From an uncultured Vampirovibrio sp. (lineage in GTDB: Bacteria > Cyanobacteriota > Vampirovibrionia > Gastranaerophilales > Gastranaerophilaceae), in the NCBI GenBank assembly GCA_964531425.1, contig CAZHEI010000002.1, forward strand, positions 7,798 to 71,797: 64,000 bases of DNA, given 5' to 3'. Position numbers and translations under genes: made by a program. Below the pieces are notes generated by a model. That model was not told the origin of the DNA. It saw only the letters and a list, made by a program, of their open reading frames with translations, and ran no database searches. Shown here in pieces: positions 38,812-50,472 of the stretch (within the stretch, counting starts at the first letter, position 1; every line of letters starts with the position of its first letter).

Positions 38812-41800
38812 ATGTACATAAAACAGCTCGAAGTTGACAACTTTAAGTCGTTTGCAAATAAAGTTGAGATACCTATGTTAAAAGGATTTACTACGATTTC
38901 CGGACCAAATGGTTCTGGAAAAAGTAATATCATTGACAGTATTCTTTTTGCACTAGGACTTTCAACTTCTAGAACTTTGCGTGCAGAAAAACTTTTCCAT
39001 TTAATATCAACCTATAACAAAAGAAATGAAGCGTTTGTAAAAGTAACGTTTGGAGAAGCCGGTGGAGATGGTGAACCGGAAGAATTTTCTGTAGCAAGAC
39101 GAATCAGAAAATCTTCTCAAGGATTTAACAGCATTTATTATCTTGATGATAAGATTGTGACCCTTTCAGATATTCATGCAAAATTAGAAAAATATAATAT
39201 TACTCCAAATAGCTATAACGTAATGATGCAAGGCGATGTAATGTCAATTACAAACTGCACCCCTAATGAGCGTAGAAAGATTATTGACGAAATTGCAGGG
39301 GTTGCCGATTTCGACCGTCGGATCGATCAAGCAACAGGAGAATTAGAAACGGTTGAAAAACGTGTTGTAAATTCGACTTTAATTCTGAATGAAGTTAATA
39401 CTCGATTGGAACAGTTAAACGAAGAAAGAGAAGTTGCTTTAAAATATCAAAAGCTTAAAGAAGAAAAAACAGGACTCGAAAGTCAAATAAATACCGTTAA
39501 ATTTTTTGATTTGAGAAGAAATCTTGAAAAAGCTCACGAAAATATTCTTGAATTCACGAAAAAGAAAAAAGAAGAAGAAATGAAATCTAAGGATTTAGAT
39601 GAAAGACTTAAACTTATTCGTGAAAAATATGAAGAAATCTCTGCTACAATTAAGGAAAAAGGCGAAGGTCATCAAATTGAATTAAAACAAAAAGCAGAGG
39701 AAATCAAAGGCGCTATTTCCAGAAAAGAATCCTCTATAACTTATGCTGATAAACAAATTCAAGATAATTTAAAGACTGTTGAAAATACAAAAAACGGTAT
39801 TGAAATTCAGCAAAGTAAGATAAAAGAAGCCGAATTAAAAATTTCTTTGACTCAAGAAAATATCAAAGGAATTGAAGCAAATATCGAAGAGCAAAAGAAA
39901 ATTTTGCACAAAATTCTTGAAGATATGTCAGGCTTGAATGAAACAGCTGAAAAGCATATCGAAAAGAGAAATAATTTAAGAAAAGAACTAGAAACAGAAC
40001 AAGACAAAGAAACAAAACTTATTCAAAAACAGGCTCCTTTGGAAGCTGATTTGTCAACGAAGAAAAAACAACTTGAAGAAACAAGAGTTAAATTATCAGA
40101 ATTAGAAACTTTTAAAGCTAATTTCTCTGAAACAAAAGCTTCAAAAGAGTTGATGATAGAGCAACTTGGAAAAGAACTTGATGATTTCAAGATTATCCTT
40201 AAAAATACATTAGATGAACTGGATAAAACTAAAAATGAAATCACAGATATGGACTATGATTTGCAAGCTGCACGTAAGAAAATTTATCAGCTAGAAGCAA
40301 TTAAGAGTGCTAACGAGGAAGCTAATCTCGGACGTGCTGTCGATACTGTTGTAAATGCAAATATTAGAGGAGTCCATGCTCCATTAATGAAATTGGGAAG
40401 TGTTGATGAAGAATATTCAACAGCTATGGAAATTGCAGTCGGTGGAAGGATGGCAAATATTGTTGTTGACGATGAACATGTCGCTTCAACTTGTATTGAA
40501 CTTTTAAAATCTTCAAATGCAGGACGTGCTACATTTATTCCATTGAATAAAATTGTTAAATGTCCAAAAAGCTTAAATTTACCTAAAGAAAAAGGTGTAA
40601 TTGATTTTGCGATTAATTTGATTGATTTTGATGATGAGTATTTGAATGCATTTTATTATGCTGTTGGCGAAACACTGGTTGTTGAAGATAGAAGTGTTGC
40701 AAACAAATTAATCGGGAAATATCGAATGGTAACACTTTCAGGCGATTTGTTTGAAAAATCAGGCTCAATCACTGGTGGTGCAGTAAGAAAAACCGGTTTA
40801 AAATTTTCACAAAATTCTGATTCTGAAATTGATACATTCAAATCTCGTTTGAGAGAAATGGAAAGTAAATACTCTGCATTGATTTCAAAACGTTCTTCTT
40901 TGGAAAACAAAATGGATGATGTAAGAAGCAAATATTCAGCTTCTACGACTGAATTTAACAAAGCGAAATTAGAATTAACGAATTTGGAAACAAGTTTCTT
41001 AAAAACAGAAACTGAAATAAATGAAAAAAATGAATTCATAAAAGTTACAGAACCTGAAATTACAAACATAGAAAAGACTCTAGATAAAATTGAAGAACAG
41101 CATATTGAAATTTCTGATAAAATGATGACTCTTCAAACAGAAATTGAAGAAGTTGAAAAACTTATGAATGATGCTGATTTGAAAGATTTGAAAGAAAAAA
41201 CTGCCGGAGTTGAAGCAGAAATCAAGCGTTATGAAAAAAATATGGCTGATGCTAATAATGAAATTGAAGGTTTACATCAAAGAATAGATTTTATAAATAC
41301 GACTATAAAAAGCCATAATGATACAATAGAACGTTCATTGACTAACAACAAAGAGCTTGAATTAGATAAAGCAAACTTTTCTGAAGAAATCAAAGGTTTA
41401 AAAGAACAGCTTGATGTTTTAGATGTTCAAATAAAAGAAATTACTGAAAAATTGGGCGAACTTTTAGCACAACGAGATGGTATTAATAAAGATTTGGTTG
41501 ATTTAGAAACTCAAAAGAATTTAAAAGTTTCTGATATTGAAAAAATTGGAGAGCAAATTGAGTCGTTCAAAGCTCGCCGTAGAGAATTAGAGCCACAATT
41601 AGAGGAAACTCGTGCTACTTTAACAGAAGCCGGCGTAAACATTAATGAGTTAACTCCGGTTGAAATGTCAATTGATGAAATTACAAATAAAATTCAGAGA
41701 TTACAACGTCGAATGGATGAATTAGGTGCAGTAAATATGCGTGCATTAGAGGATTATGACAGGGTTCTTGCTCGTCAACAAGAATTGCATAGTCAAATTG

Positions 41801-42315
41801 AGACTTTGAGTTCTGAAAGAGCACAAATTCTTGAAAGAATGAAAGGGTATGAAGACCTTAAAAAAGAAACATTCTTGAAAACCTATAATGCAATCAGCGA
41901 ACAGTTCAAAGAAATTTTCCATAAACTATCTGATGGGGAAGGAACTTTGATTTTGGAAAATGAAGAAAATCCGTTTGCTGCCGGACTTGATATTGAGGCT
42001 CAGCCAAGAGATAAAAAGAAACAAAGGCTTGCCGGTATGTCAGGTGGTGAAAAAGCTTTGACTGCATTATCCTTTGTTTTTGCAATTCAAAGATATATGC
42101 CTGCACCATTCTACGCTTTTGATGAAGTTGATGCAAGCTTAGATGGTATTAATGTTGAAAAACTTGCTCACATTGTTCAAACTCAAGCTGAAACTACGCA
42201 ATTTATTGTTGTTTCACACAGAAAACCAATGATTGAATCAGCAAATCGTACAATTGGAGTTACGCAGAAAGAAAAAGGTATCTCCAAAGTTACAGGTGTA
42301 AAACTTAGAGATTAG
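38812..42315 (+). CDS. smc: Chromosome segregation protein SMC
   Basis: GPNGSGKSN, hinge GRATFIPL, MSGGEK and FDEVD. Confidence 0.97.
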   Translation: MYIKQLEVDNFKSFANKVEIPMLKGFTTISGPNGSGKSNIIDSILFALGLSTSRTLRAEKLFHLISTYNKRNEAFVKVTFGEAGGDGEPEEFSVARRIRKSSQGFNSIYYLDDKIVTLSDIHAKLEKYNITPNSYNVMMQGDVMSITNCTPNERRKIIDEIAGVADFDRRIDQATGELETVEKRVVNSTLILNEVNTRLEQLNEEREVALKYQKLKEEKTGLESQINTVKFFDLRRNLEKAHENILEFTKKKKEEEMKSKDLDERLKLIREKYEEISATIKEKGEGHQIELKQKAEEIKGAISRKESSITYADKQIQDNLKTVENTKNGIEIQQSKIKEAELKISLTQENIKGIEANIEEQKKILHKILEDMSGLNETAEKHIEKRNNLRKELETEQDKETKLIQKQAPLEADLSTKKKQLEETRVKLSELETFKANFSETKASKELMIEQLGKELDDFKIILKNTLDELDKTKNEITDMDYDLQAARKKIYQLEAIKSANEEANLGRAVDTVVNANIRGVHAPLMKLGSVDEEYSTAMEIAVGGRMANIVVDDEHVASTCIELLKSSNAGRATFIPLNKIVKCPKSLNLPKEKGVIDFAINLIDFDDEYLNAFYYAVGETLVVEDRSVANKLIGKYRMVTLSGDLFEKSGSITGGAVRKTGLKFSQNSDSEIDTFKSRLREMESKYSALISKRSSLENKMDDVRSKYSASTTEFNKAKLELTNLETSFLKTETEINEKNEFIKVTEPEITNIEKTLDKIEEQHIEISDKMMTLQTEIEEVEKLMNDADLKDLKEKTAGVEAEIKRYEKNMADANNEIEGLHQRIDFINTTIKSHNDTIERSLTNNKELELDKANFSEEIKGLKEQLDVLDVQIKEITEKLGELLAQRDGINKDLVDLETQKNLKVSDIEKIGEQIESFKARRRELEPQLEETRATLTEAGVNINELTPVEMSIDEITNKIQRLQRRMDELGAVNMRALEDYDRVLARQQELHSQIETLSSERAQILERMKGYEDLKKETFLKTYNAISEQFKEIFHKLSDGEGTLILENEENPFAAGLDIEAQPRDKKKQRLAGMSGGEKALTALSFVFAIQRYMPAPFYAFDEVDASLDGINVEKLAHIVQTQAETTQFIVVSHRKPMIESANRTIGVTQKEKGISKVTGVKLRD

Positions 42316-42453
42316 GCTTTTGCGTTAACTTAAAAAAAATCCCCCTCTGATAATAATAACCAATTTATTTATAGCTGGTTAGGCTATAAATTCATAAAGA
42401 ATGTTTTTCGCTTGTGTTTATGATATTATATTCTTAATTGGAGAGGATGTGTA

Positions 42454-45096
42454 ATGATAAGTTTTTTATTAAAAATGTTGGGGGATCCTAACGAAAAAAA
42501 AGTTAAAAAAATATTAGGGATTATTGATCATATAAATGCACTAGAACCGGAATTAGAAAAACTTTCTGATGAAGAGTTGCGAGCTAAAACCGATGAATTT
42601 AAAGCTATTTTAGCAAAACGCCCAACTTCTGATAATGTAAAAGCCGATAGAATGCTTGAAAAAGAAGCTTTAGATAAAATATTACCGGAAGCTTTTGCGG
42701 TTGTTCGGGAAGCGGGGAAACGTGTTTTAAACATGCGTCATTTTGATGTTCAATTAATTGGTGCATATTTTTTACATAACGGTCATATTGCCGAAATGAG
42801 AACAGGTGAAGGTAAAACGCTTGTTGCGACCCTTTCTGCTTACCTTAATGCCTTAACAGGAAAAGGTGTACATGTTGTTACTGTAAACGATTATCTTGCA
42901 AAACGTGACAGTGAATGGATGGGAAAAATCTATAAATTCCTAGGCTTAACAGTTGGAGTAATTCTTTCAAATCAACATGACGCAGAAGAATTTAACAGAA
43001 AAAGAGCAGCTTATGCTTGTGATATCACCTACGGAACAAACAATGAATTCGGATTTGACTACTTAAGAGATAACATGGCAACATCAAAAGAAGCTCTTGT
43101 TCAAAGACCTTTTAATTATGCAATTATAGACGAAGTTGACAGTATCCTTATTGATGAAGCTCGAACTCCGCTTATTATCAGTGGAAGAGTTGAAAAATCT
43201 GCTGATACATACACTTTGATGGCAAAAGTTGCACCACAACTTGAAAAACAAAAAGATTACGAAGTTGATGAAAAAAATAAAAACGTAATTCTAACTGAAG
43301 AGGGTATTGATAAAGCACAAGAAATTATTGGTTGCAAAGATTTATTTGATATTAATAACCAATATGCCCATGATTTGTTGAACGCTTTAAAAGCTAAAGA
43401 ATTATTTATAAAAGATACTGATTATGTAATAAAAAATGGCGAAATTGTTATTGTAGATGAGTTTACAGGTCGACTCATGCCGGGAAGACGTTGGTCTGAC
43501 GGATTACATCAAGCTATAGAAGCTAAAGAAGGAGTCGAAATTCAAGATGAAACTCAAACTCTTGCAAGCATAACTTTCCAAAATCTGTTTAGACTCTACC
43601 CTAAGCTTTCCGGTATGACAGGTACTGCAATGACAGAAGAAGCTGAATTTGGTAAAATTTATAATTTGGAAGTCACTGCCATTCCTACTAACAAACCTGA
43701 TATCAGAGTTAATTATCCTGATGTTATTTACAAAACAGAAAAAGGTAAGTATGACGCAGTTGTAAATGATATTATAGAGCAAAATAAACTGGGAAGACCG
43801 GTTCTTGTGGGAACAGTTAGTATTGAAAAGTCTGAATACATTTCAGCTCTATTAAATAAAAAAGGTATTAAACATAACGTTTTAAATGCAAAACAACACG
43901 AAAGAGAAGCATATATCATTGCACAAGCAGGTCGTGTAGGAGCAGTAACTATTGCAACAAATATGGCTGGCCGTGGTACTGATATTCTTCTTGGTGGTAA
44001 TGCTGAATTCCTTGCAAAAGAAGAACTTGAAAATAACAGAATTTCTCCTGAAATATCAAATTATGATGAACTTAAGGAAAAAGCTCTTGAAAGAGCAAGA
44101 AAAATTACAGGAGAAGAACATTCAAAAGTTGTTGAATTAGGTGGACTTCACGTAATTGGAACAGAAAGACATGAATCCCGTCGTATTGATAACCAGCTTA
44201 GAGGTCGTGCAGCTCGTCAGGGTGATCCAGGCTCAACAAGATTTTTCTTATCTTTGGAAGATAATCTTATGAGAATCTTTGGTGGGGATAAGATTACAGC
44301 ATTAATGACAATGCTAAATGTGGAAGAAGATATGGCAATTGAATCATCTCTTATAACAAGACAAATTCAATCTGCTCAAAAGAAAGTCGAAACTTATCAC
44401 TTTGATATTCGTAAAAATGTACTTCAATATGATGATGTTATGAATATCCAAAGAGAGAAATTCTATGCTCAAAGACGAAAAGTTCTTGAAGGCAAGAATT
44501 TGACAGAAGATATCAAATTTATGATTGATAAAGAAATTGATAGACTTTTGAAAAGCTATATTACTCCTGAAATGAATCCAGAAGAGTACATTCCGGCTGA
44601 TTTGGAAACGCTTGTCAAAGAATTACACGCAAATATACCTCAACTTTCTTATATCGGAATTGATGATATCAAGAATTATAGATATAACCGAATTTATGAA
44701 TCATTGCGTGATGCTGCTCAAAAGGCTTACAAAGAACACGAAGAAGAAATTATTGGTTTTTATAACTCAATAATGGCTCAGTATGATCCGGAAGCTAAGA
44801 TTCAAGAAATTGCCTCTGACGATAATATAATGAGAAGTCTTGAACGAGATATTCTTTTGAGAGTTGTTGATAATCAATGGATTGACCATTTGCACAACAT
44901 TGATATGCTTAAAGATGGCATTGGATTAAGAGCTTATGGACAAAAAGATCCATTAATAGAATATAAAAAAGAAGCCTATGATTTGTTTAACAAAATGATG
45001 GCAGAAATTCAAAGTAATACGGTTAGATATATTTTCCGTGCAAAATTTGGAATTCAATTTGTGTCTGATGATGGGATTGAAGTTCTAGAACAATAA
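42454..45096 (+). CDS. secA: Preprotein translocase SecA
   Basis: [23 protein letters not shown] and [10 protein letters not shown] motifs. Confidence 0.98.
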   Translation: MISFLLKMLGDPNEKKVKKILGIIDHINALEPELEKLSDEELRAKTDEFKAILAKRPTSDNVKADRMLEKEALDKILPEAFAVVREAGKRVLNMRHFDVQLIGAYFLHNGHIAEMRTGEGKTLVATLSAYLNALTGKGVHVVTVNDYLAKRDSEWMGKIYKFLGLTVGVILSNQHDAEEFNRKRAAYACDITYGTNNEFGFDYLRDNMATSKEALVQRPFNYAIIDEVDSILIDEARTPLIISGRVEKSADTYTLMAKVAPQLEKQKDYEVDEKNKNVILTEEGIDKAQEIIGCKDLFDINNQYAHDLLNALKAKELFIKDTDYVIKNGEIVIVDEFTGRLMPGRRWSDGLHQAIEAKEGVEIQDETQTLASITFQNLFRLYPKLSGMTGTAMTEEAEFGKIYNLEVTAIPTNKPDIRVNYPDVIYKTEKGKYDAVVNDIIEQNKLGRPVLVGTVSIEKSEYISALLNKKGIKHNVLNAKQHEREAYIIAQAGRVGAVTIATNMAGRGTDILLGGNAEFLAKEELENNRISPEISNYDELKEKALERARKITGEEHSKVVELGGLHVIGTERHESRRIDNQLRGRAARQGDPGSTRFFLSLEDNLMRIFGGDKITALMTMLNVEEDMAIESSLITRQIQSAQKKVETYHFDIRKNVLQYDDVMNIQREKFYAQRRKVLEGKNLTEDIKFMIDKEIDRLLKSYITPEMNPEEYIPADLETLVKELHANIPQLSYIGIDDIKNYRYNRIYESLRDAAQKAYKEHEEEIIGFYNSIMAQYDPEAKIQEIASDDNIMRSLERDILLRVVDNQWIDHLHNIDMLKDGIGLRAYGQKDPLIEYKKEAYDLFNKMMAEIQSNTVRYIFRAKFGIQFVSDDGIEVLEQ

Positions 45097-45112
45097 AAAT
45101 TATCTGATTATA

Positions 45113-45145
45113 AAATCTCGGTAAATTAAACATTTACCGAGATTT
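45113..45145. terminator. Bidirectional terminator between secA and the export-gate operon
   Basis: AAATCTCGGTAAAT-N5-ATTTACCGAGATTT. Confidence 0.8.
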
Positions 45146-45202
45146 ACTTTTGAAATACCATATGAATTTATATATTATACTTTTCACCTTCAAAAATTAA
45201 AA

Positions 45203-45553
45203 TTAGACATCCAAGTCTTCTTCATCCGGTTCCGGCTCCGGTATATCCGGCTCGGCAACAGTTTTTGTTAGTTTTTCATTTAATTCTTGAAGCGTAACTG
45301 ATTTATCCATTTTTTTCAATGCGTTTAAAACAGCAAGCTTATAGTCAGCATCGGCTCTATTTTTAGGATTATCAACAATTTCTCCGATTTTTTGGCCTAA
45401 AAAGCCCATTACAATCACCGCTGGCACTAAAATCATACTTGTTGCAATAATTGCATGACTATCAATCGTCCCAATTTTTACTATTGAGATTGTTCCAATT
45501 ACTAATACTGTAATTACTATAAAGAAATTTCTAAAATTTTCTGTGTGATCCAT
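45203..45553 (-). CDS. Small 2-TM hypothetical protein, last gene of the export-gate operon
   Basis: Start overlaps the PilZ stop; acidic/Pro-rich tail. Confidence 0.75.
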   Translation of the reverse strand: MDHTENFRNFFIVITVLVIGTISIVKIGTIDSHAIIATSMILVPAVIVMGFLGQKIGEIVDNPKNRADADYKLAVLNALKKMDKSVTLQELNEKLTKTVAEPDIPEPEPDEEDLDV

Positions 45554-46146
45554 TATTTTTTGTTCATGTTCTCCATATCTTTTTTCATACAGAATTGAAT
45601 CAACGTCATTTTATCAATATTAGACAAATTAGTGAAACGACCTGAAATCGTGTATAAACCGCTATCACCTTTTTCCACTCTAATAAGTTGATATTTACAT
45701 TTTACCTCTTGTTCGTTACTCAATTTAATTGTAACTTTATATTCTTTTTCAATATCGATATTTTCTTCAGTCCTAAGTTTCATCCCACCTGCAGAAAGAT
45801 CAAGTGTTCTAACTTTATGAGCTTTATTATCAGAAATTAGCTCTAAATCTTCAATAAATTTTATACGTGTAAATTTACGTCTTTGTAGGAATCTATGTTT
45901 AACAGGATTTGCAATTGTTATAACATTATTTTCCAAATTTTGAATATAAGATTCAAAATAAAGATACCCGTTATCTGTTAAAGAATAAAAATCACAAACA
46001 TGGTTTTTTATTAAACCTTCCGGCTTATATTTGAGCTCCATTCTAAATCCGTCTAAATCTACATGGAGAACTCTTCCTTTGTTAGAGTTTTTGAAATCTT
46101 GCGGAACAATAGTTACCAGTTGTTCTTTTTTTATTAATTCTCTCAT
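45553..46146 (-). CDS. PilZ-domain (YcgR-like) c-di-GMP receptor
   Basis: QRRKFTR (RxxxR) and DLSAGG (DxSxxG). Confidence 0.85.
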   Translation of the reverse strand: MRELIKKEQLVTIVPQDFKNSNKGRVLHVDLDGFRMELKYKPEGLIKNHVCDFYSLTDNGYLYFESYIQNLENNVITIANPVKHRFLQRRKFTRIKFIEDLELISDNKAHKVRTLDLSAGGMKLRTEENIDIEKEYKVTIKLSNEQEVKCKYQLIRVEKGDSGLYTISGRFTNLSNIDKMTLIQFCMKKDMENMNKK

Positions 46147-46161
46147 ACTCTTTACCTTTCT

Positions 46162-48270
46162 TTATTTTCTCGCCGGTTCAATTTTTATCATACCAACGGA
46201 TTTAACTTTAACGTTCGGACTTATTTCATTATAAGACATAATTGCAATTTGTGGATATGTTCTTTCCACAAGCTTTCTAAATAACAGTCTTATAGGAGAT
46301 GAACACAAGATAACCGGTTGATTACCTGTTGCTGTAATAGCTTTTTCTAATTCCAGATTCATTTTATCAAATAAAACTCTCGTAAAATTAGGGTCAAGCG
46401 TAACACTTGTTCCATCAGGACTAGCACCTTTTGCAATAGTTGTTTCAACATCAGGAGATAATGTAATAACATAAAGTTCGCCTGTATCAGCAAGATTTTG
46501 TTTGCAAATATTCCTTGCAAGAGCTTGTCTTGCGTGCTCAGTTAAGAAATTAGGATTTTTATTAATTTTAGACTGTAAACTTATTGTTTCTAAAATAGTT
46601 TTCAAATCTCTAACTGCAACCCCTTCTTTAAGTAAATTTTGAATAACAACTTGAATATCTCCAATAGAAATATCTTTCATAATGTCATTGACATATTCTT
46701 CTGAAACTTCTTTTTTTAGATTGTCAATAAGTTGTTGAATATCAAATCTTGAAACAATTTCGTACGCACATTTCTTAATAACTTCTGTTATATGTGTAGA
46801 AATAACAGCAGAAGCTGAAACAACAGTATAACCGGACATTTCTGCTAAATCTTTATCTTTTGCTTCAATCCACAATGCAGGTAAGCCAAATGCCGGTTCA
46901 ATGGCGTGAATACCATTGATTGTTAAGTTTCCAACAGGGTCACCTGCACACATTGCAAGATATCTTTCCGGATAAACTTCTCCTGATTCAAGAGCAACAC
47001 CTTTTAGCTTAATTTGATAAGAATTTGGCGATAACTGCAAATTATCTCGCACTCTGATTGATGGTAAAACAATTCCCAAATCAAGAGCTGTTTGACGTCT
47101 GATTTGCGCAATACGTTCAAGTAAATCTCCGCCCATTTCCACATTCAAAAGCTGTACAAGTCTGTAACCAACTTCAATTTCGATTGTATCAACATTAAGA
47201 AGTTCCATAACGCTCTCTTTAGTAGCTTTTGCTCGTTTTTCTTTTTTGCCGAGTTTTTCTTGTTGTTCTTGCTGAACTTTTTGTGCTTCTTCTGCTTTAA
47301 CTTTTTGGTCTTTTTCTTTTGTCTTAAAGAATGCCATTCCCCCTGCTACGAGAGCAATCAAAAGGAATGGTGCAGTCGGCATGCCCGGAACTATCCCCAT
47401 GAATGCAAGTAAACCGGAAACAACCCCCAAAACTCTTGGGTCAGAGAACATTTCATTCTTAATATCAGTAGAAAGTGATTCATCCTTACCACTTGCACGA
47501 GATACAATCAAACCTGTTGCAGTAGAGATAAGAAGAGCCGGAATTTGTGAAACAAGACCATCCCCAACTGTTAAAATTGTATAGGTATTTAATGCTTGAA
47601 TGATGTCCATTTTGGATTGAACAACACCAATTATCAAACCACCGACGATGTTTACTATTGTAATTACAATACCGGCAGTTGCATCACCTTTTACGAATTT
47701 TGAAGCACCATCCATTGTTCCGTAGAAGTCTGTTTCTCTCTCAAGTTTTCTTCTTCGTTCTTTGGCTTGGTCTTCATTTATTAATCCTGAGTTCAAATCT
47801 GCGTCAATACTCAATTGCTTACCAGGCATTTTATCCAATGTAAAACGAGCAGATACTTCAGCAACACGAGTTGCACCACCTGTAATAACCATAAAGTTGA
47901 TTAATACCAGAATACAAAATATAACTGCACCGACAACGTAATTATCACCAACAACGAAACTTCCAAATGAATCAATAACATTGCCGGCCTCGCCATGCAG
48001 AAGAATTAATCGAGTTGAACTTACGTTTAATCCTAACCTAAATAGAGTTGCAATCAACAAAACCGTAGGAAAAGACGAATAATCAAGTGGTTCCTGAGTA
48101 TACAAACATACAAGTAAAATTACAACTGCTAAAGAAATATTTATTGTAAGCAAGACATCCAAAAGAGGTGCAGGAAGTGGTATAACCATCATACAGACGA
48201 TTACAACCAAACCTATCGCAAGCACGATATCATTATTTTTAAGTATGTTTGATAACTTACTTAACTCCAT
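46162..48270 (-). CDS. flhA: Flagellar type III export gate protein FlhA
   Basis: RLGLNVSSTR, ARFTLDKMPGKQLSIDADL and FYGTMDGASKFVKGD motifs. Confidence 0.96.
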   Translation of the reverse strand: MELSKLSNILKNNDIVLAIGLVVIVCMMVIPLPAPLLDVLLTINISLAVVILLVCLYTQEPLDYSSFPTVLLIATLFRLGLNVSSTRLILLHGEAGNVIDSFGSFVVGDNYVVGAVIFCILVLINFMVITGGATRVAEVSARFTLDKMPGKQLSIDADLNSGLINEDQAKERRRKLERETDFYGTMDGASKFVKGDATAGIVITIVNIVGGLIIGVVQSKMDIIQALNTYTILTVGDGLVSQIPALLISTATGLIVSRASGKDESLSTDIKNEMFSDPRVLGVVSGLLAFMGIVPGMPTAPFLLIALVAGGMAFFKTKEKDQKVKAEEAQKVQQEQQEKLGKKEKRAKATKESVMELLNVDTIEIEVGYRLVQLLNVEMGGDLLERIAQIRRQTALDLGIVLPSIRVRDNLQLSPNSYQIKLKGVALESGEVYPERYLAMCAGDPVGNLTINGIHAIEPAFGLPALWIEAKDKDLAEMSGYTVVSASAVISTHITEVIKKCAYEIVSRFDIQQLIDNLKKEVSEEYVNDIMKDISIGDIQVVIQNLLKEGVAVRDLKTILETISLQSKINKNPNFLTEHARQALARNICKQNLADTGELYVITLSPDVETTIAKGASPDGTSVTLDPNFTRVLFDKMNLELEKAITATGNQPVILCSSPIRLLFRKLVERTYPQIAIMSYNEISPNVKVKSVGMIKIEPARK

Positions 48271-48280
48271 CCTCTTCTAC

Positions 48281-49360
48281 CTAAGTCTCCTTCTTATTAT
48301 TGTACACGTAAGCAAGAATTTCAGCAACAGCTACATATAAATCTGATGGAATTACCCCATCAACCGGCACTGCATTATATAAAGCCCTTGCTACAGGTCT
48401 GTTTTCAACAATTGGAACATTGTTACTTTTTGCAATATCACGAATTTGGAATGCAAGATAGTCCACCCCTTTTGCTACTACTATAGGTGCCGGCGCTTTT
48501 GTCTTATCATATTGAATAGCAACTGCATAGTGAGTTGGGTTTGTAACAACAACATCAGCTTGAGGAACAGCAGACATCATTCTTTGACGAGCCATTTGCA
48601 TTTGAATAGACTTGATTCTTGCCTTAATTTTAGGATCCCCTTCTGTATCCTTATGTTCATCTTTAACTTCTTGTTTTGTCATCTTAATAGATTTTTCGTA
48701 TTCATAAGTTTGATACTTTTTGTCTAAATATCCTAAAATTAGCATTGCCAAGCACATATTTATAATCATGTGGGCTAGAATAGATGCTATAACGCTCAGT
48801 GCTATGTGAAAATCTAATCCGACAAGCCCGAGTAAATCTCCCTTTCTGCTGTTTATAGCTGAATAACCACATGCACAAACAATAACCAGTTTAAGAATTG
48901 ATTTTGCAAATTCTACCATTGAACGGGGTTGAAACGGATTGAACATTCTTTTTGCATTTTCAAGAATTCTTCTTGGACTTAGATTTTCGAGGTTAAATTT
49001 GGCTTTTTCAAGAGCAAAAACATGTCCTACATCCATTCTGACAACAACAATTGCTAAAATTACTAAAAAAGCAAAAAACGGAACGACAATTATGCCTAAA
49101 TATTTAAAATAAGGATACAGCATTCCCACTATACTTGATGTATCAATTGAATCAGGATTAAGATTATTAAATGTATCCTGCATCATTGCAATAATAGTAT
49201 TGTACATGTGCTTCCAAAAAACACCAAGTAAAGCTATTCCGCCAATCATTACCATTGCGGATTCCATATCTTTACTTTTTGCTACATTTCCCCTTTCACG
49301 TTCTTTCGTTCGCCGTCGGGTGGTGGCTTCTTCGGTTTTTTCTGCTGCTTCGTTTCCCAT
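48281..49360 (-). CDS. flhB: Export specificity switch FlhB
   Basis: EKTEEAT, KMTKQEVKDE and intact NPTH autocleavage site. Confidence 0.96.
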   Translation of the reverse strand: MGNEAAEKTEEATTRRRTKERERGNVAKSKDMESAMVMIGGIALLGVFWKHMYNTIIAMMQDTFNNLNPDSIDTSSIVGMLYPYFKYLGIIVVPFFAFLVILAIVVVRMDVGHVFALEKAKFNLENLSPRRILENAKRMFNPFQPRSMVEFAKSILKLVIVCACGYSAINSRKGDLLGLVGLDFHIALSVIASILAHMIINMCLAMLILGYLDKKYQTYEYEKSIKMTKQEVKDEHKDTEGDPKIKARIKSIQMQMARQRMMSAVPQADVVVTNPTHYAVAIQYDKTKAPAPIVVAKGVDYLAFQIRDIAKSNNVPIVENRPVARALYNAVPVDGVIPSDLYVAVAEILAYVYNNKKET

Positions 49361-49411
49361 TTTGTTAAATGTTCAGGCTATTGATTGCCTTTAAGTTTCC
49401 TTTCTTATTTT

Positions 49412-50191
49412 TTAAAATATTGCTGCAATTTTAGTTAAGAATTGTTCTATTATCACTGCCATGTGTTCTGCAATAGGTCGCATAAACATTAACGACAATA
49501 ACATCCCTAAATATATTTTTAATGGTATTGAAACCATGAAAATATTCATTTGTGGCATCATTTTTGATGTAAACCCCAATAAGATATCAGTAATAAATAG
49601 AACTCCAAAAATTGGAAGTGCAATTCCTAATCCAACTGAAAATATTTGACTAGTAATTATTACAATTTGTTCTACCAGACCTGGAGAAAATCCGATAATA
49701 TATCCAACCGGCATACTCTTAAAACTGTTATAAATTGCAGAAAACAGCCATTGATGAGCACCTAACCCTAAAAAAATCATAGATGCTAAATACGTAAAAG
49801 CTTGAGTTAAAACAGGAGAATTACCACCTGAAGTCGGGTTTAGAGCTTGGTCAGCTGATAATCCCATCTGTACGGTAAAAGTATTAACACCTAATTCAAT
49901 TCCAACAAATATAATGTTTGCGCAAAACCCAATTGCAAAACCGATAAGAAATTCTTTAAATAGAATCAAAGTTAATGCCGGAACCGAAGTTGGAACGGCA
50001 AAATTCGTATTCACTTGTACAATTGGAAACAAAATGAATGCAATTGCTGCCGCAAGCCAGATTTTTACTTGTACAGGTATCGGATAGGTTGAAAACAATG
50101 GCGCAGACGAAAAAAGTCCTGACAATCTGGTAAATATTGCCATAAATAAAATGATATTATTTATAGAAAATAGTACATCCAGATTAAACAT
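49412..50191 (-). CDS. fliR: Export gate protein FliR
   Basis: RLSGLF, QMGL and PQMNIF motifs. Confidence 0.93.
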   Translation of the reverse strand: MFNLDVLFSINNIILFMAIFTRLSGLFSSAPLFSTYPIPVQVKIWLAAAIAFILFPIVQVNTNFAVPTSVPALTLILFKEFLIGFAIGFCANIIFVGIELGVNTFTVQMGLSADQALNPTSGGNSPVLTQAFTYLASMIFLGLGAHQWLFSAIYNSFKSMPVGYIIGFSPGLVEQIVIITSQIFSVGLGIALPIFGVLFITDILLGFTSKMMPQMNIFMVSIPLKIYLGMLLSLMFMRPIAEHMAVIIEQFLTKIAAIF

Positions 50192-50192
50192 T

Positions 50193-50465
50193 CTACATTG
50201 CACCTACCAACTGAGGAATCATTGCCATAAATTCATTTACGGTTGTTATAAAAACGCTCATCATCCAAGGCATAAGGAATATTAGCAAAATTACACAACC
50301 AACAATTTTGGGAACAAATGTTAAGGTTGATTCTTGAATTTGCGTAACGGTTTGGAAAATACTTACCATAAGACCAATAACAACCCCGACTAAAAGTACC
50401 GGAACTGACATCTGCAAAGTAAGAATAAACATTTTTTGTAATAAAGTTATAACAATATCTTGCAT
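50193..50465 (-). CDS. fliQ: Export gate protein FliQ
   Basis: FQTVTQIQESTLTFVPK. Confidence 0.95.
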   Translation of the reverse strand: MQDIVITLLQKMFILTLQMSVPVLLVGVVIGLMVSIFQTVTQIQESTLTFVPKIVGCVILLIFLMPWMMSVFITTVNEFMAMIPQLVGAM

Positions 50466-50472
50466 TTTCTTC

